Source of the DNA: a bacterium
GTDB taxonomy: Bacteria; Krumholzibacteriota; Krumholzibacteriia; G020349025
Direction: 5' to 3'
Assembly: GCA_031362565.1 (NCBI GenBank)
Contig: JANLSU010000101.1
Coordinates: forward strand, 22,493-86,492
DNA length: 64,000 bases
Shown here: one piece after another, positions 19,502 through 27,607 of the stretch
Position numbering within the stretch: the stretch's first letter is position 1
Layout of the letters: each line of letters begins with the position of its first letter
Made by a program: the position numbers and the translations under genes
The notes under the pieces: model-generated
Databases searched by the model: none
Told to the model about the DNA's origin: nothing
What the model saw: only the letters and a program-made list of their open reading frames with translations

Positions 19502-19669
19502 ATGGCGAATTCGAAAACTCACGCAGTCGCAGCCAAACACCGCCGCGCTCAGAGCAGTGCAAAGGAAAAGCTCCGATTGCACCTGGCAGGAAAGCTCGAT
19601 GCCGAGAAATTGCCGAGCCTTGCGAAGCGTTACCTGGCGCGCCACTCGCGGATGACCAAGCGCGGCTAG
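19502..19669 (+). CDS. Small basic hypothetical protein (55 aa)
   Basis: ATG preceded by GAAGGGA; K/R/H-rich; occupies an otherwise empty gap, divergent from the cluster. Confidence 0.55.
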   Translation: MANSKTHAVAAKHRRAQSSAKEKLRLHLAGKLDAEKLPSLAKRYLARHSRMTKRG

Positions 19670-19724
19670 GTCCGGACAAAGTGTCACAGCCTGGTCATGC
19701 GCCCACCCGGAACCGGGCGCCGGG

Positions 19725-21965
19725 TCAGGGATGCAGCGGGTGAATGGGGCGCGGTTCGAGCCGCTGATCGACGGTCCGCATCTTGCAGCGAACTTGCATT
19801 TCCCCGAGGTGGGCGAGCGCGTCCCGATTCGCCGGTTGGCGCTCGAGCACCGCGATGAAGGCGCCGGCTGCCTGGTTGTAACACTCGGCTTCGAAATGCG
19901 CCCGGCCGAGGTCGAGAGCCGCCGCCACATCGACCTCTTGAACGCCGCGGGCGATCGCGCCTTCGGTCACTGCCAACCGGCGGCATAATGCGATCTCGTC
20001 CGCGTAACTCATTCTAGAGTCCGCTTGGTCCAGCACGCGGACCGCGTCGCCGTAGCGTCCGGCCTGCGCCAAGCCGACGCCGTAGGCGCGCCGCGCTTCG
20101 GGATCGCCGGGCCCAAGAGCGAGGGCCCGCTCCAGGTTCGCGAGCGCCGCTCCGAGTTCGTGCCGCTCGCCGTGCCACACCCCGAGCCCAAGGAGTGCCG
20201 CGCCCTCCGCGGCCGAGTCCCGCGCCGCGGCCACCGCGGCCTGCAAACCACCCCACTCGGCGAGAGCCCCAAGCTCCGGGTCGCCCGGCGCCCGTGCCAA
20301 CCCGCGGCGGATCCACGGTTCGGCCCGGCGCCACTCGCCGGCCGTGAGGGCGCTCCGCGCCACACGCCCGGCGACTCCGACGAGATCGGTGCCCGCCGCC
20401 TGCTCGAGGACCGCCTCGGCGTTGGATTCGTCCCCGGCCGCGTACAAGATTGCCGCATAGGCAACCTGCGCCGCCGTGTCCCGCGGCCGCGATTGCGCCG
20501 CCCGTTCGTAACTGCTGCGATCCAGGTCGTAAAGACGCCAGGACCACCCGGCGAAACCCTGCGGCTGCAGCTCGCGCAACCATTCGTACGGGCGCTCGGA
20601 CCGCCGCTGGAGGTTGTGGAGAGCGTTGGATTCCACTGCCAAGCGGCCGAGGCGCGGCACCGCGGGGTCCGGGTTCACGAGCCACGTTTCGCCGCGGGCG
20701 GTGGCGGCGGCGAGGCAAGCCGCGAGGCGACGGTCATCCTGGCCCCAGGCCAGGTTCGAGTCGAGCAACCAGCGATGTCCGGCCGCGGGCCCGCCCGCGA
20801 GCGGTGTGAAGTAGGCGAAGAACTGCGGCACCGAGCGGCCCCAATCCGCCAGACCCACGGCTAAGGCGACGATCAGCCCGATGCGCGCCACGCGGCCGCG
20901 CCGCCGCAGATCCTCCGCGCCGAGGCCCGCAAGGACCGCGAATACCGGCAGAACCGGCAGCACGTGGCGCACTCCGACGTTGACGCGCAACAGCGTGAAC
21001 GCCACGACGATGGCGATTGCCGGAACGGCGAGGAGGGCTCGATCGTGCCGGGACACGCGCCGCGCCCGGACCGCGCCCCACGCAGCGAGCCCGAGCAGCA
21101 CCGGCGACGTCTTGAGCAGCAGTGCCGCAACGTAGTACAAGGCGAAGCCGTGCTCCGAACGCCGCCCGGCCAAGTACGCGAACCGCACCTCGTCACGATG
21201 CGCCATCTTGCCCCGCACCGCATCGATGAGCGGCTGCGGCCGGCCGATGTAAACGACGCAGGCCAGCACCAGGGTAGCAACCACTGCAACGCCCAGCGCC
21301 TGTGCACCGCGGCGGCGGGCGGTGCGGTCGCCGCCGAGCGCGGCAACGAGCGCCAAGCTCGGGATGAGCAACACACCGCTGAATTTGATGAGTGCGGCGG
21401 CAGCGACCGCGGACGCGAATCCCGCCGTCCAGCGGCGCCGGGCTGCCGCATCCGGCGCGCCGGTGAGACCTCTCCAACACCAAAGTGCGGCGCACCACGC
21501 GGCTGTAACCGGCGCGTCGAGAGTCGCCACGTGACCGTGCGCGAGAAGATTCGGTTCGAAGGCCGCAGCACCAAGTGCGACGAGCCCGGCGAACACCCCG
21601 CCGAGCGCCCGGCCCCAGCGCCAAACGAGCAGCACGAGTCCCAGCGCTCCGAGCAGCACGGGGACGCGGCACGGCACGAGCGTGCCCGCATCGTCGGGGA
21701 AACGATAGTCACGGTGCAGCAGACGGAGCGGCAACGTCTCCCACAGTTGACCGAGCGGCGGGTTGTCAAATCCGCCCGCGAACCGGCCGGTTTCCCAATA
21801 GAGCCAGCCGCTCAATAGATGTGGTTGTTCGTCCGCCACGGAGGCGTCACGCACCAGGGCCGTCGCGCCGAGTGTCGCAGCCAGCACGAGGCAGACGCCG
21901 GCGAGAACCCGTTCGGTGGAAAAACGCACCCCGTCACGAGCCTTCCTGAACCCAGACCGCGCCAT
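19725..21965 (-). CDS. GT-C membrane glycosyltransferase (ArnT/PMT-like) with C-terminal TPR-like repeats
   Basis: N-terminal DE...NPPL motif, many TM segments, DSNLAWGQD, helical TPR-like C-terminus. Confidence 0.75.
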   Translation of the reverse strand: MARSGFRKARDGVRFSTERVLAGVCLVLAATLGATALVRDASVADEQPHLLSGWLYWETGRFAGGFDNPPLGQLWETLPLRLLHRDYRFPDDAGTLVPCRVPVLLGALGLVLLVWRWGRALGGVFAGLVALGAAAFEPNLLAHGHVATLDAPVTAAWCAALWCWRGLTGAPDAAARRRWTAGFASAVAAAALIKFSGVLLIPSLALVAALGGDRTARRRGAQALGVAVVATLVLACVVYIGRPQPLIDAVRGKMAHRDEVRFAYLAGRRSEHGFALYYVAALLLKTSPVLLGLAAWGAVRARRVSRHDRALLAVPAIAIVVAFTLLRVNVGVRHVLPVLPVFAVLAGLGAEDLRRRGRVARIGLIVALAVGLADWGRSVPQFFAYFTPLAGGPAAGHRWLLDSNLAWGQDDRRLAACLAAATARGETWLVNPDPAVPRLGRLAVESNALHNLQRRSERPYEWLRELQPQGFAGWSWRLYDLDRSSYERAAQSRPRDTAAQVAYAAILYAAGDESNAEAVLEQAAGTDLVGVAGRVARSALTAGEWRRAEPWIRRGLARAPGDPELGALAEWGGLQAAVAAARDSAAEGAALLGLGVWHGERHELGAALANLERALALGPGDPEARRAYGVGLAQAGRYGDAVRVLDQADSRMSYADEIALCRRLAVTEGAIARGVQEVDVAAALDLGRAHFEAECYNQAAGAFIAVLERQPANRDALAHLGEMQVRCKMRTVDQRLEPRPIHPLHP

Positions 21966-22362
21966 CTTCGAAGTGCTCTCTCTTCCACACCGGCAGATCG
22001 CGCTTCACGGCTTCGATCCCGTAGCGCAGCGCCTCGAATCCCTCGGCACGATGCGGAGTTGAGACGACGATCGCGATACTCGCCGCGCCGATCTCGACGC
22101 GCCCGATGCGATGCACGAGCGCCGCCGTACACTCCGGCCAGCGGACACACATTTCGGTGCCGATCTGGCGCAGGACCCGCTCGGCCATGGATTCATAGGC
22201 TTCGTAATCAATATGGAGAACGCGCCGGCCGAGTTTTTCATCCCGCACCGTGCCGACGAAGGACAAGATCGCACCCGCCCCGGGCCGGGCAACCAAATCC
22301 TGTAACGCACCGACGTCGAGGGGTGCCGGGGTGATCGCAACATGGAGGCGCGCGTCGGTCAA
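21934..22362 (-). CDS. moaE: Molybdopterin synthase catalytic subunit
   Basis: GAILSFVGTVRD, YEAYESMA, HRIGRV, PVWKREHF. Confidence 0.95.
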   Translation of the reverse strand: MTDARLHVAITPAPLDVGALQDLVARPGAGAILSFVGTVRDEKLGRRVLHIDYEAYESMAERVLRQIGTEMCVRWPECTAALVHRIGRVEIGAASIAIVVSTPHRAEGFEALRYGIEAVKRDLPVWKREHFEDGAVWVQEGS

Positions 22363-22376
22363 ATGAACCCTCCCCC

Positions 22377-22622
22377 TCAGCCGCCGCTGACGGGCGGCAA
22401 GAGCGCCAAGGTGGCACCCTCGGGCACGCTGACGCTGGTCGCCACGAACTCTTCATTCAGGGCAACGCGCAGCGACGGCACCAGCGATTCAAGTGCCGGA
22501 TAGCGCGTCACGAGCGCCACCAGAGCCGACCCCACGGTCGTCCCCGGCTCGATGTCGATTTCCGTGCGCATCGCCCCAATTGCGTCACGAGCGGCGGCGA
22601 AGCACAGCACTTCGATACGCAT
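22377..22622 (-). CDS. moaD: Molybdopterin synthase sulfur carrier subunit
   Basis: 81 aa, VLCFAAARD...ALNEEF...LLPPVSGG with a free C-terminal GG; adjacent to moaE. Confidence 0.95.
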   Translation of the reverse strand: MRIEVLCFAAARDAIGAMRTEIDIEPGTTVGSALVALVTRYPALESLVPSLRVALNEEFVATSVSVPEGATLALLPPVSGG

Positions 22623-22784
22623 CGGGCCATCCTAGCATGGTGGCAAGTTCCTTCGAAGTCGCTTGGCCGGACGGCCGTCGCCTTCGTACAATAGAGAGGC
22701 AAGGTCCGAAGGCGCGATCGATGCCGGCGTCCAACCTCGCGGCGGCGTTTCGACGCCGTCACACCGTGCCCACGGAGGACTCGA

Positions 22785-23855
22785 GTGGCGCTAGCGGCGG
22801 AATTCGCGGCCAAGCAAGCGCACGTCGCGGCGTGGCTGGAAGAACGGCGTGCCGACGCGGCATTGCTTTGCGCTCCGGCAACGGTGGCCTGGTTGAGTTG
22901 TGGAGGCGAGTTGAATCTGGGCCCCGGCGCGGCGGGCTACGTCGTGACCGCCGAGCGCTCCTATTTGCTCTGCCCCGCCGAAGATGTCGACCGCACGCGC
23001 CAGGAAGAAGTGCGCGGGTTGCCGGTGGATGTCGTCGCCGTTCTGTCCCTTTCCATCGATGCGCTGGTCGATCGGGCCCGCGGCTTACTGCCGGAAGCGA
23101 CACGCTGGCGAACGGACACGGTGGGTCTCGGTCTCGAACGCGATGCCAGCATCGACAACCTGCGGCGCGTACTGGGCCCCGAAGACGAGGAACGGTTCGT
23201 CCGCCTGGCGCGTGACGCGGCCGCCGCCGTCGAGGAAGTCGCCGCCGAATGCTATCGCGGCGTCGGTGAACGCGACGCCGCCGCGCGCTTGGCCGCCGAA
23301 TGCGTCCGCCGCCAGATGACCCCGCGCGAAATCCTCGCCGGCGCCGACGAACGCTTCGAAACCTACGCGCGCCCCTTGCCCAAGGGTGCGACCGCAGAGC
23401 GCGTCTTGATGTTGGGGCTCGTAGCGACGCGCGGCGGCCTCCATGTCGCGGTCAGCCGCACGCTCTGCTTCACCCGTCCCGAGGAACCGTTCCTGCAACG
23501 CTTCGCGAGCGGACTCGACATCATGGCCCGCCTCCACCACGAAACCCGCTGCGGCGAAACGCTGGGTACAGTCGTGCAGCGCGCCCTGCCGCAGCCGCCC
23601 ATGCACTTGGGCAGCCTCGGCGGTACGACCGGCTTCGCCTACCCCGAGCACGAGGCACGCGTCTCGTCGTCCTGGAAGCTCGGTCCACGACAAGGCGTCG
23701 TGTGGAGCGTGGCCTCGGCCGGCATGCGCATCGAAAACACGTCCATCCTCACGCCCACCGGCCTCCAAGTCGCAAGCATGACCGACGGCTGGCCCCGCCG
23801 CACCGTTCGCATCGATCAGACCCCGCACGAACTCCCGGACCTCCTGCTCCTGTAG
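22785..23855 (+). CDS. M24 / Xaa-Pro peptidase-fold protein, divergent
   Basis: Creatinase-like N-terminus, VSRT motif and RIENT motif. Metal-ligand positions look degenerate. Confidence 0.6.
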   Translation: MALAAEFAAKQAHVAAWLEERRADAALLCAPATVAWLSCGGELNLGPGAAGYVVTAERSYLLCPAEDVDRTRQEEVRGLPVDVVAVLSLSIDALVDRARGLLPEATRWRTDTVGLGLERDASIDNLRRVLGPEDEERFVRLARDAAAAVEEVAAECYRGVGERDAAARLAAECVRRQMTPREILAGADERFETYARPLPKGATAERVLMLGLVATRGGLHVAVSRTLCFTRPEEPFLQRFASGLDIMARLHHETRCGETLGTVVQRALPQPPMHLGSLGGTTGFAYPEHEARVSSSWKLGPRQGVVWSVASAGMRIENTSILTPTGLQVASMTDGWPRRTVRIDQTPHELPDLLLL

Positions 23856-24045
23856 CCGCCCCATCACCCGCCCGCACTTGGCACCGCGACCCCCAACGCA
23901 CGAGCGACGCCAGGACGGGCGCCTGCAAGAAAACGCCGCGTTGATCGAGACCCGTTCAGCTCTCCCTTACTCGTTTCATTGCAACGAGTATTACCCAATA
24001 CAGACTCGTTCTGGAACGGAACTATGCACTTGACGGCGATGAATC

Positions 24046-24345
24046 ATGGACCTAATTGGTCCACAATTCGGCCACGGCGACGAACACGTCAAGCATCGCG
24101 ACAAGGAATACGTGCGCGGCGAAATTCATTCCAACACCATCGAAGGGTTCTTTTCCCTAATGAAACACGGCGTCTACGGCACCTGGCACAGCATCAGCCG
24201 CAAACAACTGTTCCTCTACGTCGCTGGACCGGCGTGCGAATTCCGGTACAACCACGGAAGGAAGGGTGACGGAGCGCGCACGCTGCCTGCTATGCGCCAG
24301 GCGGACGGGATGCGGCTCAAGTACCGGCAGCAGACGGGGTGCTAG
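24046..24345 (+). pseudogene. IS1595-family (ISXO2-like) transposase, C-terminal fragment
   Basis: HEHVKH-like segment, EYVRGEIHSNTIEGFFSLMKHGVYGTWHSISRKQL..Y...EFRYN. The N-terminal zinc ribbon and first catalytic residues are absent. Confidence 0.88.
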
Positions 24346-24757
24346 CCTTTGGACTTGGCCCGGCGTGAAGAAGCGGAAGGATAAAAGGATTCAAGCCAAA
24401 GCGCACGGCCATGGAATGAATATATTCTCGGAAATAGGGCCACGCATTGAATAGCCCGTTAGTTTTCGCGAACGCCTCGAAGTCAGATTGCTGTACATCA
24501 GACGGCATTTCGTGAACAACGTAGGTAAGCTCAAATAGGCCTGAAATGTCGATCCTCGGTGGCTCGGTCCTGTCACGCACGCGCGTAAATGCCTGAACCA
24601 CAAACCGCCCACTGTCGTCCGGTGGCGAGACTAGCTTGGCGGCGTGGATCATCTGCATCTCAACATCGACTTGAGATTCGGCAAAACTATTTCTCGCGAC
24701 TGCCTCTAGCATTTTCACTTGTTCAATTGCGGCAATGGCAGAAACGTTTACGCTCAT
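24317..24757 (-). CDS. SecB-like chaperone (TAC system)
   Basis: 146 aa; ISGLFELTY...FEAFAKTNGLFNAWPYFREYIHSMAVRFGLNPFILP matches the SecB-like C-terminal PYxRE...G.P..LP pattern. ATGA-coupled to the HTH gene. Confidence 0.82.
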   Translation of the reverse strand: MSVNVSAIAAIEQVKMLEAVARNSFAESQVDVEMQMIHAAKLVSPPDDSGRFVVQAFTRVRDRTEPPRIDISGLFELTYVVHEMPSDVQQSDFEAFAKTNGLFNAWPYFREYIHSMAVRFGLNPFILPLLHAGPSPKASTPSAAGT

Positions 24758-25146
24758 GCGGCCCTCGCTCCGTCCACTAGCGCGCCAGCGGTTGAGTCGA
24801 CCGACACGGTAGTGGATGGCATCAAATTCCATCGAAACTGAATTACGTTTGTTTCGGCTTCGAACCCACCAAGTGGCCTCAGGCTAAAATCTGCCTGCGT
24901 GTCCATTGCTGTGGCGATGTCAGCAATAGTTCGAATCGTTAGGTTTTTGTCTCCCGCCAGGACCTGGCTGATATACCCGCGCGTACGCCCGAGTCTTCCT
25001 GCTAGGTCAGATCGACTGATACCCTTTTCCTCCATCCACCCCCAGATCATGTGGGTGACTTTGAGAATAAGGGCCTCCTGCTGAAATATCTTGGCATTGT
25101 CTGGAGACTCGTCGATCCACGCCTCAAATTGTGTTTGCTCCGTCAT
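24754..25146 (-). CDS. Xre/HigA-like HTH antitoxin with C-terminal extension
   Basis: MEEKGISRSDLAGRLGRTRGYISQVLAGDKNLTIRTIADIA, followed by a roughly 40 aa low-structure tail. Confidence 0.88.
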   Translation of the reverse strand: MTEQTQFEAWIDESPDNAKIFQQEALILKVTHMIWGWMEEKGISRSDLAGRLGRTRGYISQVLAGDKNLTIRTIADIATAMDTQADFSLRPLGGFEAETNVIQFRWNLMPSTTVSVDSTAGALVDGARAA

Positions 25147-25499
25147 GCTTGCTCCAAGTTGTCGTACTCGCGCAAAAGTCTGACCGCTTTCTCATACTCT
25201 CGGCGCATCTTGGTGCCGGTGCTTTTCTTGGCGCCGTGCACAATCACGAATTTTTTCCCTCGGAACCCGCCGAACAAACGGACTGGACCTTTCTTGAATT
25301 CAAATAGAGGGTAACCCTTGAGCTCCCTGAACTGCTCTTTTGGCCAAGGCTTCCTAGCGTCGAAATCGGCCGCGAAAACCCGCATCCGTGAAATAAGGGA
25401 TTTGCGATGTGCCGGCTCAATTTCGTCAAAAAACCTCCTGGCCTCCTGCGCATTTTCGCCCCAAATGACGGAGCCCCAGCGGCCACTCGCGATTATCAT
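25143..25499 (-). CDS. RelE/HigB-like (Gp49-like) toxin
   Basis: 118 aa, basic; FRELKGYPLFEFKKGPVRLFG...VIVHGAKK. Toxin-first order, ATGA overlap with the antitoxin, AAGGAG RBS. Confidence 0.82.
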   Translation of the reverse strand: MIIASGRWGSVIWGENAQEARRFFDEIEPAHRKSLISRMRVFAADFDARKPWPKEQFRELKGYPLFEFKKGPVRLFGGFRGKKFVIVHGAKKSTGTKMRREYEKAVRLLREYDNLEQA

Positions 25500-25506
25500 G
25501 CGGGCG

Positions 25507-25539
25507 CTCCTTGTTTAGTTATGCATAAACTGGTGTCAA
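25507..25539 (-). promoter_or_regulatory. TAC operon upstream region: TTGACA box, palindromic operator candidate, RBS
   Basis: Minus-strand TTGACA at 25534-25539, perfect palindrome TTATGCATAA at 25519-25528, AAGGAG at 25507-25512. The -10 box is unclear. Confidence 0.5.
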
Positions 25540-25619
25540 AGCGCAATGGCACGGGCACCGCATGGGCAGGTTGTAATTTCCCCGTCATTTTGGCGCCTGG
25601 AGAACCACCAAGGGGAGCC

Positions 25620-25778
25620 ATGGGCCGCAGGAAGCCAGGGCCAAAGCCGAAGGGCAATTGGCTGCCGACCGTTGGGAAGTCGCTCAGGAAGAAGCCGCCA
25701 GAGGGCGGATGGGGGGCCGAGGACCCCGAGCGCGCCAGAAAGCAGAAGAAACCGAACAAGGGAACCTCCGAAAGCTAG
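25620..25778 (+). CDS. Small Lys/Pro-rich hypothetical protein (52 aa), possibly eroded
   Basis: AGGGGAG upstream of ATG; MGRRKPGPKPKGNWLPTVGKSLRKKPPEGGWG. Confidence 0.45.
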   Translation: MGRRKPGPKPKGNWLPTVGKSLRKKPPEGGWGAEDPERARKQKKPNKGTSES

Positions 25779-25920
25779 CCATTAGGCTGCTTCTCTGGTT
25801 CCCCTTTCGGTCGTGCTTCGCACGGTAGACGTTTGTCAGGACTCCGTCAAGAATATTCGGAGCGTCCACAAGCGGTCTGATTCCGACTCCGCGTCCGAGT
25901 CCGATTCCGAGTAGTCGCAC

Positions 25921-26049
25921 GTCTTCGGAGGTGTGCGACCCCCGACGGCGAGTTAACGGGCTCGCGCATCTAATATTGCGCGCGAAGCGCGCGGCGCGGT
26001 CCGTTCTGTCTGAGTCGGCGGGGGTCGCACACCTCCGAAGACCCCCACG
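25921..26049. repeat. Palindromic dispersed repeat (MITE/REP-like), copy 1
   Basis: Perfect 24-bp inverted repeat GTCTTCGGAGGTGTGCGACCCCCG at 25921-25944 and 26019-26042. A second copy lies at 63901-64000. Confidence 0.9.
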
Positions 26050-26089
26050 CCAAAGCAATCGCCCCCGGCATCGGGTGGCGGGAGCAGGC

Positions 26090-26113
26090 GCGGGCGCGGG
26101 CGCGGGCGCGGGC
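26090..26113. repeat. (GCGGGC)4 hexamer tandem repeat
   Basis: Read directly. A degenerate TCCGAN hexamer run of 5 units lies at 25882-25911 on the other side of the palindromic element. Confidence 0.8.
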
Positions 26114-26143
26114 CCCGAAGCGGAGGCTGGGAAGCGCTCCGCT

Positions 26144-27322
26144 TCAGTACTTCGGCAGCGACGGATCCACCGTGTCGATCCAGCCGTGGATGCCGCCCGA
26201 CATGTTCTGCACCCGCGTGAATCCCGCCGCGCGCAACAACTCCGCTGCCTTCGCGCTACGTCCGCCGAGCTTGCAGTGCACGACGATGTCGCGATCGCGC
26301 GGCAGTTCGCCGACGCGCTCCGGCAGCGTCTTGAGCGGAATCAACGTCGTGCCCGGGATGCGGCAGATCTCCACCTCGTGCGGCTCACGCACGTCGATGA
26401 CCAGCAAATCGTCGCCGCGATCGAGCCGCGCCTTCAAGTCCTTGGGGCTGATGTCGCCGGGATTCAATGCGGCCTCCGTGACCTGCGGGCCAATGCCGCA
26501 GAATTGTTCGTAGTCGATGAGTGCCGTGACACGCGGATTCGGTCCGCACACGGCGCAGTCGGGGTTCTTGCGCAAACGCAGCTCGCGGAAGCGCATTTGC
26601 AGCGCGTCGAACAGCAAAAGCCGGCCGATCAACGGCTCGCCCTCACCGAGCAACAGCTTGATCGTTTCCATCGCCTGGATCGTGCCGACGATGCCCGGCA
26701 GGACGCCCAGCACGCCGCCTTCGGCGCAGTTCGGCACCAGCCCGGGAGGCGGCGGTTCCTCGTACAAGCAGCGGTAGCACGGCCCGCGCTCGGCCCAGAA
26801 CACCGAGGCTTGGCCTTCGAAGCGGAAGATGCTGCCGTAGACATTCGGCTTGCCCAACAATACGCAGGCATCGTTCACGAGATAGCGGGTCGGGAAATTA
26901 TCGGTGCCGTCGACAATGATGTCGTAGTTGCGAAACAGGTCGAGGGCGTTCGTCGAGTCGAGCCGCATTTCGTGCGCTTCGATCTGGATATGCGGATTGA
27001 TCCCCTGCAAGCGCTCGCGGGCTGCAGCGATCTTGCTGCGCCCGACGTCGCCGGTCGAGAACACCACTTGGCGCTGCAAATTCGTAAAATCGACGACGTC
27101 GAAATCCACCAGGCCAAGCCGCCCGACGCCGGCCGCCGCGAGATACAGTCCAAGCGGCGCGCCCAATCCACCGGTGCCGACCAGGAGCACGCTTCCGGCT
27201 TTGAGTTTCCGCTGCCCCTCGAGCCCGACCTCCGGCATCACGATGTGGCGGCTATAGCGCCGAAGTTCGTCGGTGCTCAGTTGCACGGACCCGCCGTTCG
27301 TGCCGCGCAGCGTGTCGCTCAT
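26144..27322 (-). CDS. moeB: Sulfur-carrier adenylyltransferase with C-terminal rhodanese (MoeB/MoeZ)
   Basis: RYSRH, GTGGLG, NLQRQ, DGTDNF, CYRC, CAEGGVLG, and rhodanese HCKLGGRS. Confidence 0.95.
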   Translation of the reverse strand: MSDTLRGTNGGSVQLSTDELRRYSRHIVMPEVGLEGQRKLKAGSVLLVGTGGLGAPLGLYLAAAGVGRLGLVDFDVVDFTNLQRQVVFSTGDVGRSKIAAARERLQGINPHIQIEAHEMRLDSTNALDLFRNYDIIVDGTDNFPTRYLVNDACVLLGKPNVYGSIFRFEGQASVFWAERGPCYRCLYEEPPPPGLVPNCAEGGVLGVLPGIVGTIQAMETIKLLLGEGEPLIGRLLLFDALQMRFRELRLRKNPDCAVCGPNPRVTALIDYEQFCGIGPQVTEAALNPGDISPKDLKARLDRGDDLLVIDVREPHEVEICRIPGTTLIPLKTLPERVGELPRDRDIVVHCKLGGRSAKAAELLRAAGFTRVQNMSGGIHGWIDTVDPSLPKY

Positions 27323-27606
27323 CGCGCCGCCTTGCCACCGGCGATGGCCGGCACGATGGAAATCGTGTCGCCGGGTCCGACCGGCGTTGCATCGCGCGCC
27401 AGGGCGCGAATGTCTTCGTCGTTCACGTACACATTGACGAAACTCCGCAAGCGGCCGTCATCGGCATACAAATGCCGGCGCAACTCGCTGTAGCGTGCCG
27501 CCAAATTGGCCAGAACTTCCCCGACGGTGCGGCCTTCCACCTCGACGCGGGTTTGGGCATCGGCGAAGGCGCGGAGCGCGGTCGGAATCAAAACCGGGGT
27601 CGCCAT
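27319..27606 (-). CDS. MoaD/ThiS/CysO-family sulfur carrier with residues after the GG
   Basis: IPTALR...FVNVYVNDEDIR...IVPAIAGG followed by KAAR. Confidence 0.92.
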   Translation of the reverse strand: MATPVLIPTALRAFADAQTRVEVEGRTVGEVLANLAARYSELRRHLYADDGRLRSFVNVYVNDEDIRALARDATPVGPGDTISIVPAIAGGKAAR

Positions 27607-27607
27607 G

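Larger units (their letters stand above)
24018..25860. mobile_element. Degenerate IS1595-family-derived element carrying a TAC module
   Basis: Visibly AT-richer than flanks; contains a transposase remnant; imperfect inverted ends CTTGACGG (24029-24036) and CCGTCAAG (25844-25851). Confidence 0.55.

Noticed and set aside
25882..26113. CRISPR array
   Set aside because: These are inverted repeats and hexamer runs, not direct repeats with unique spacers, and no cas genes are present.
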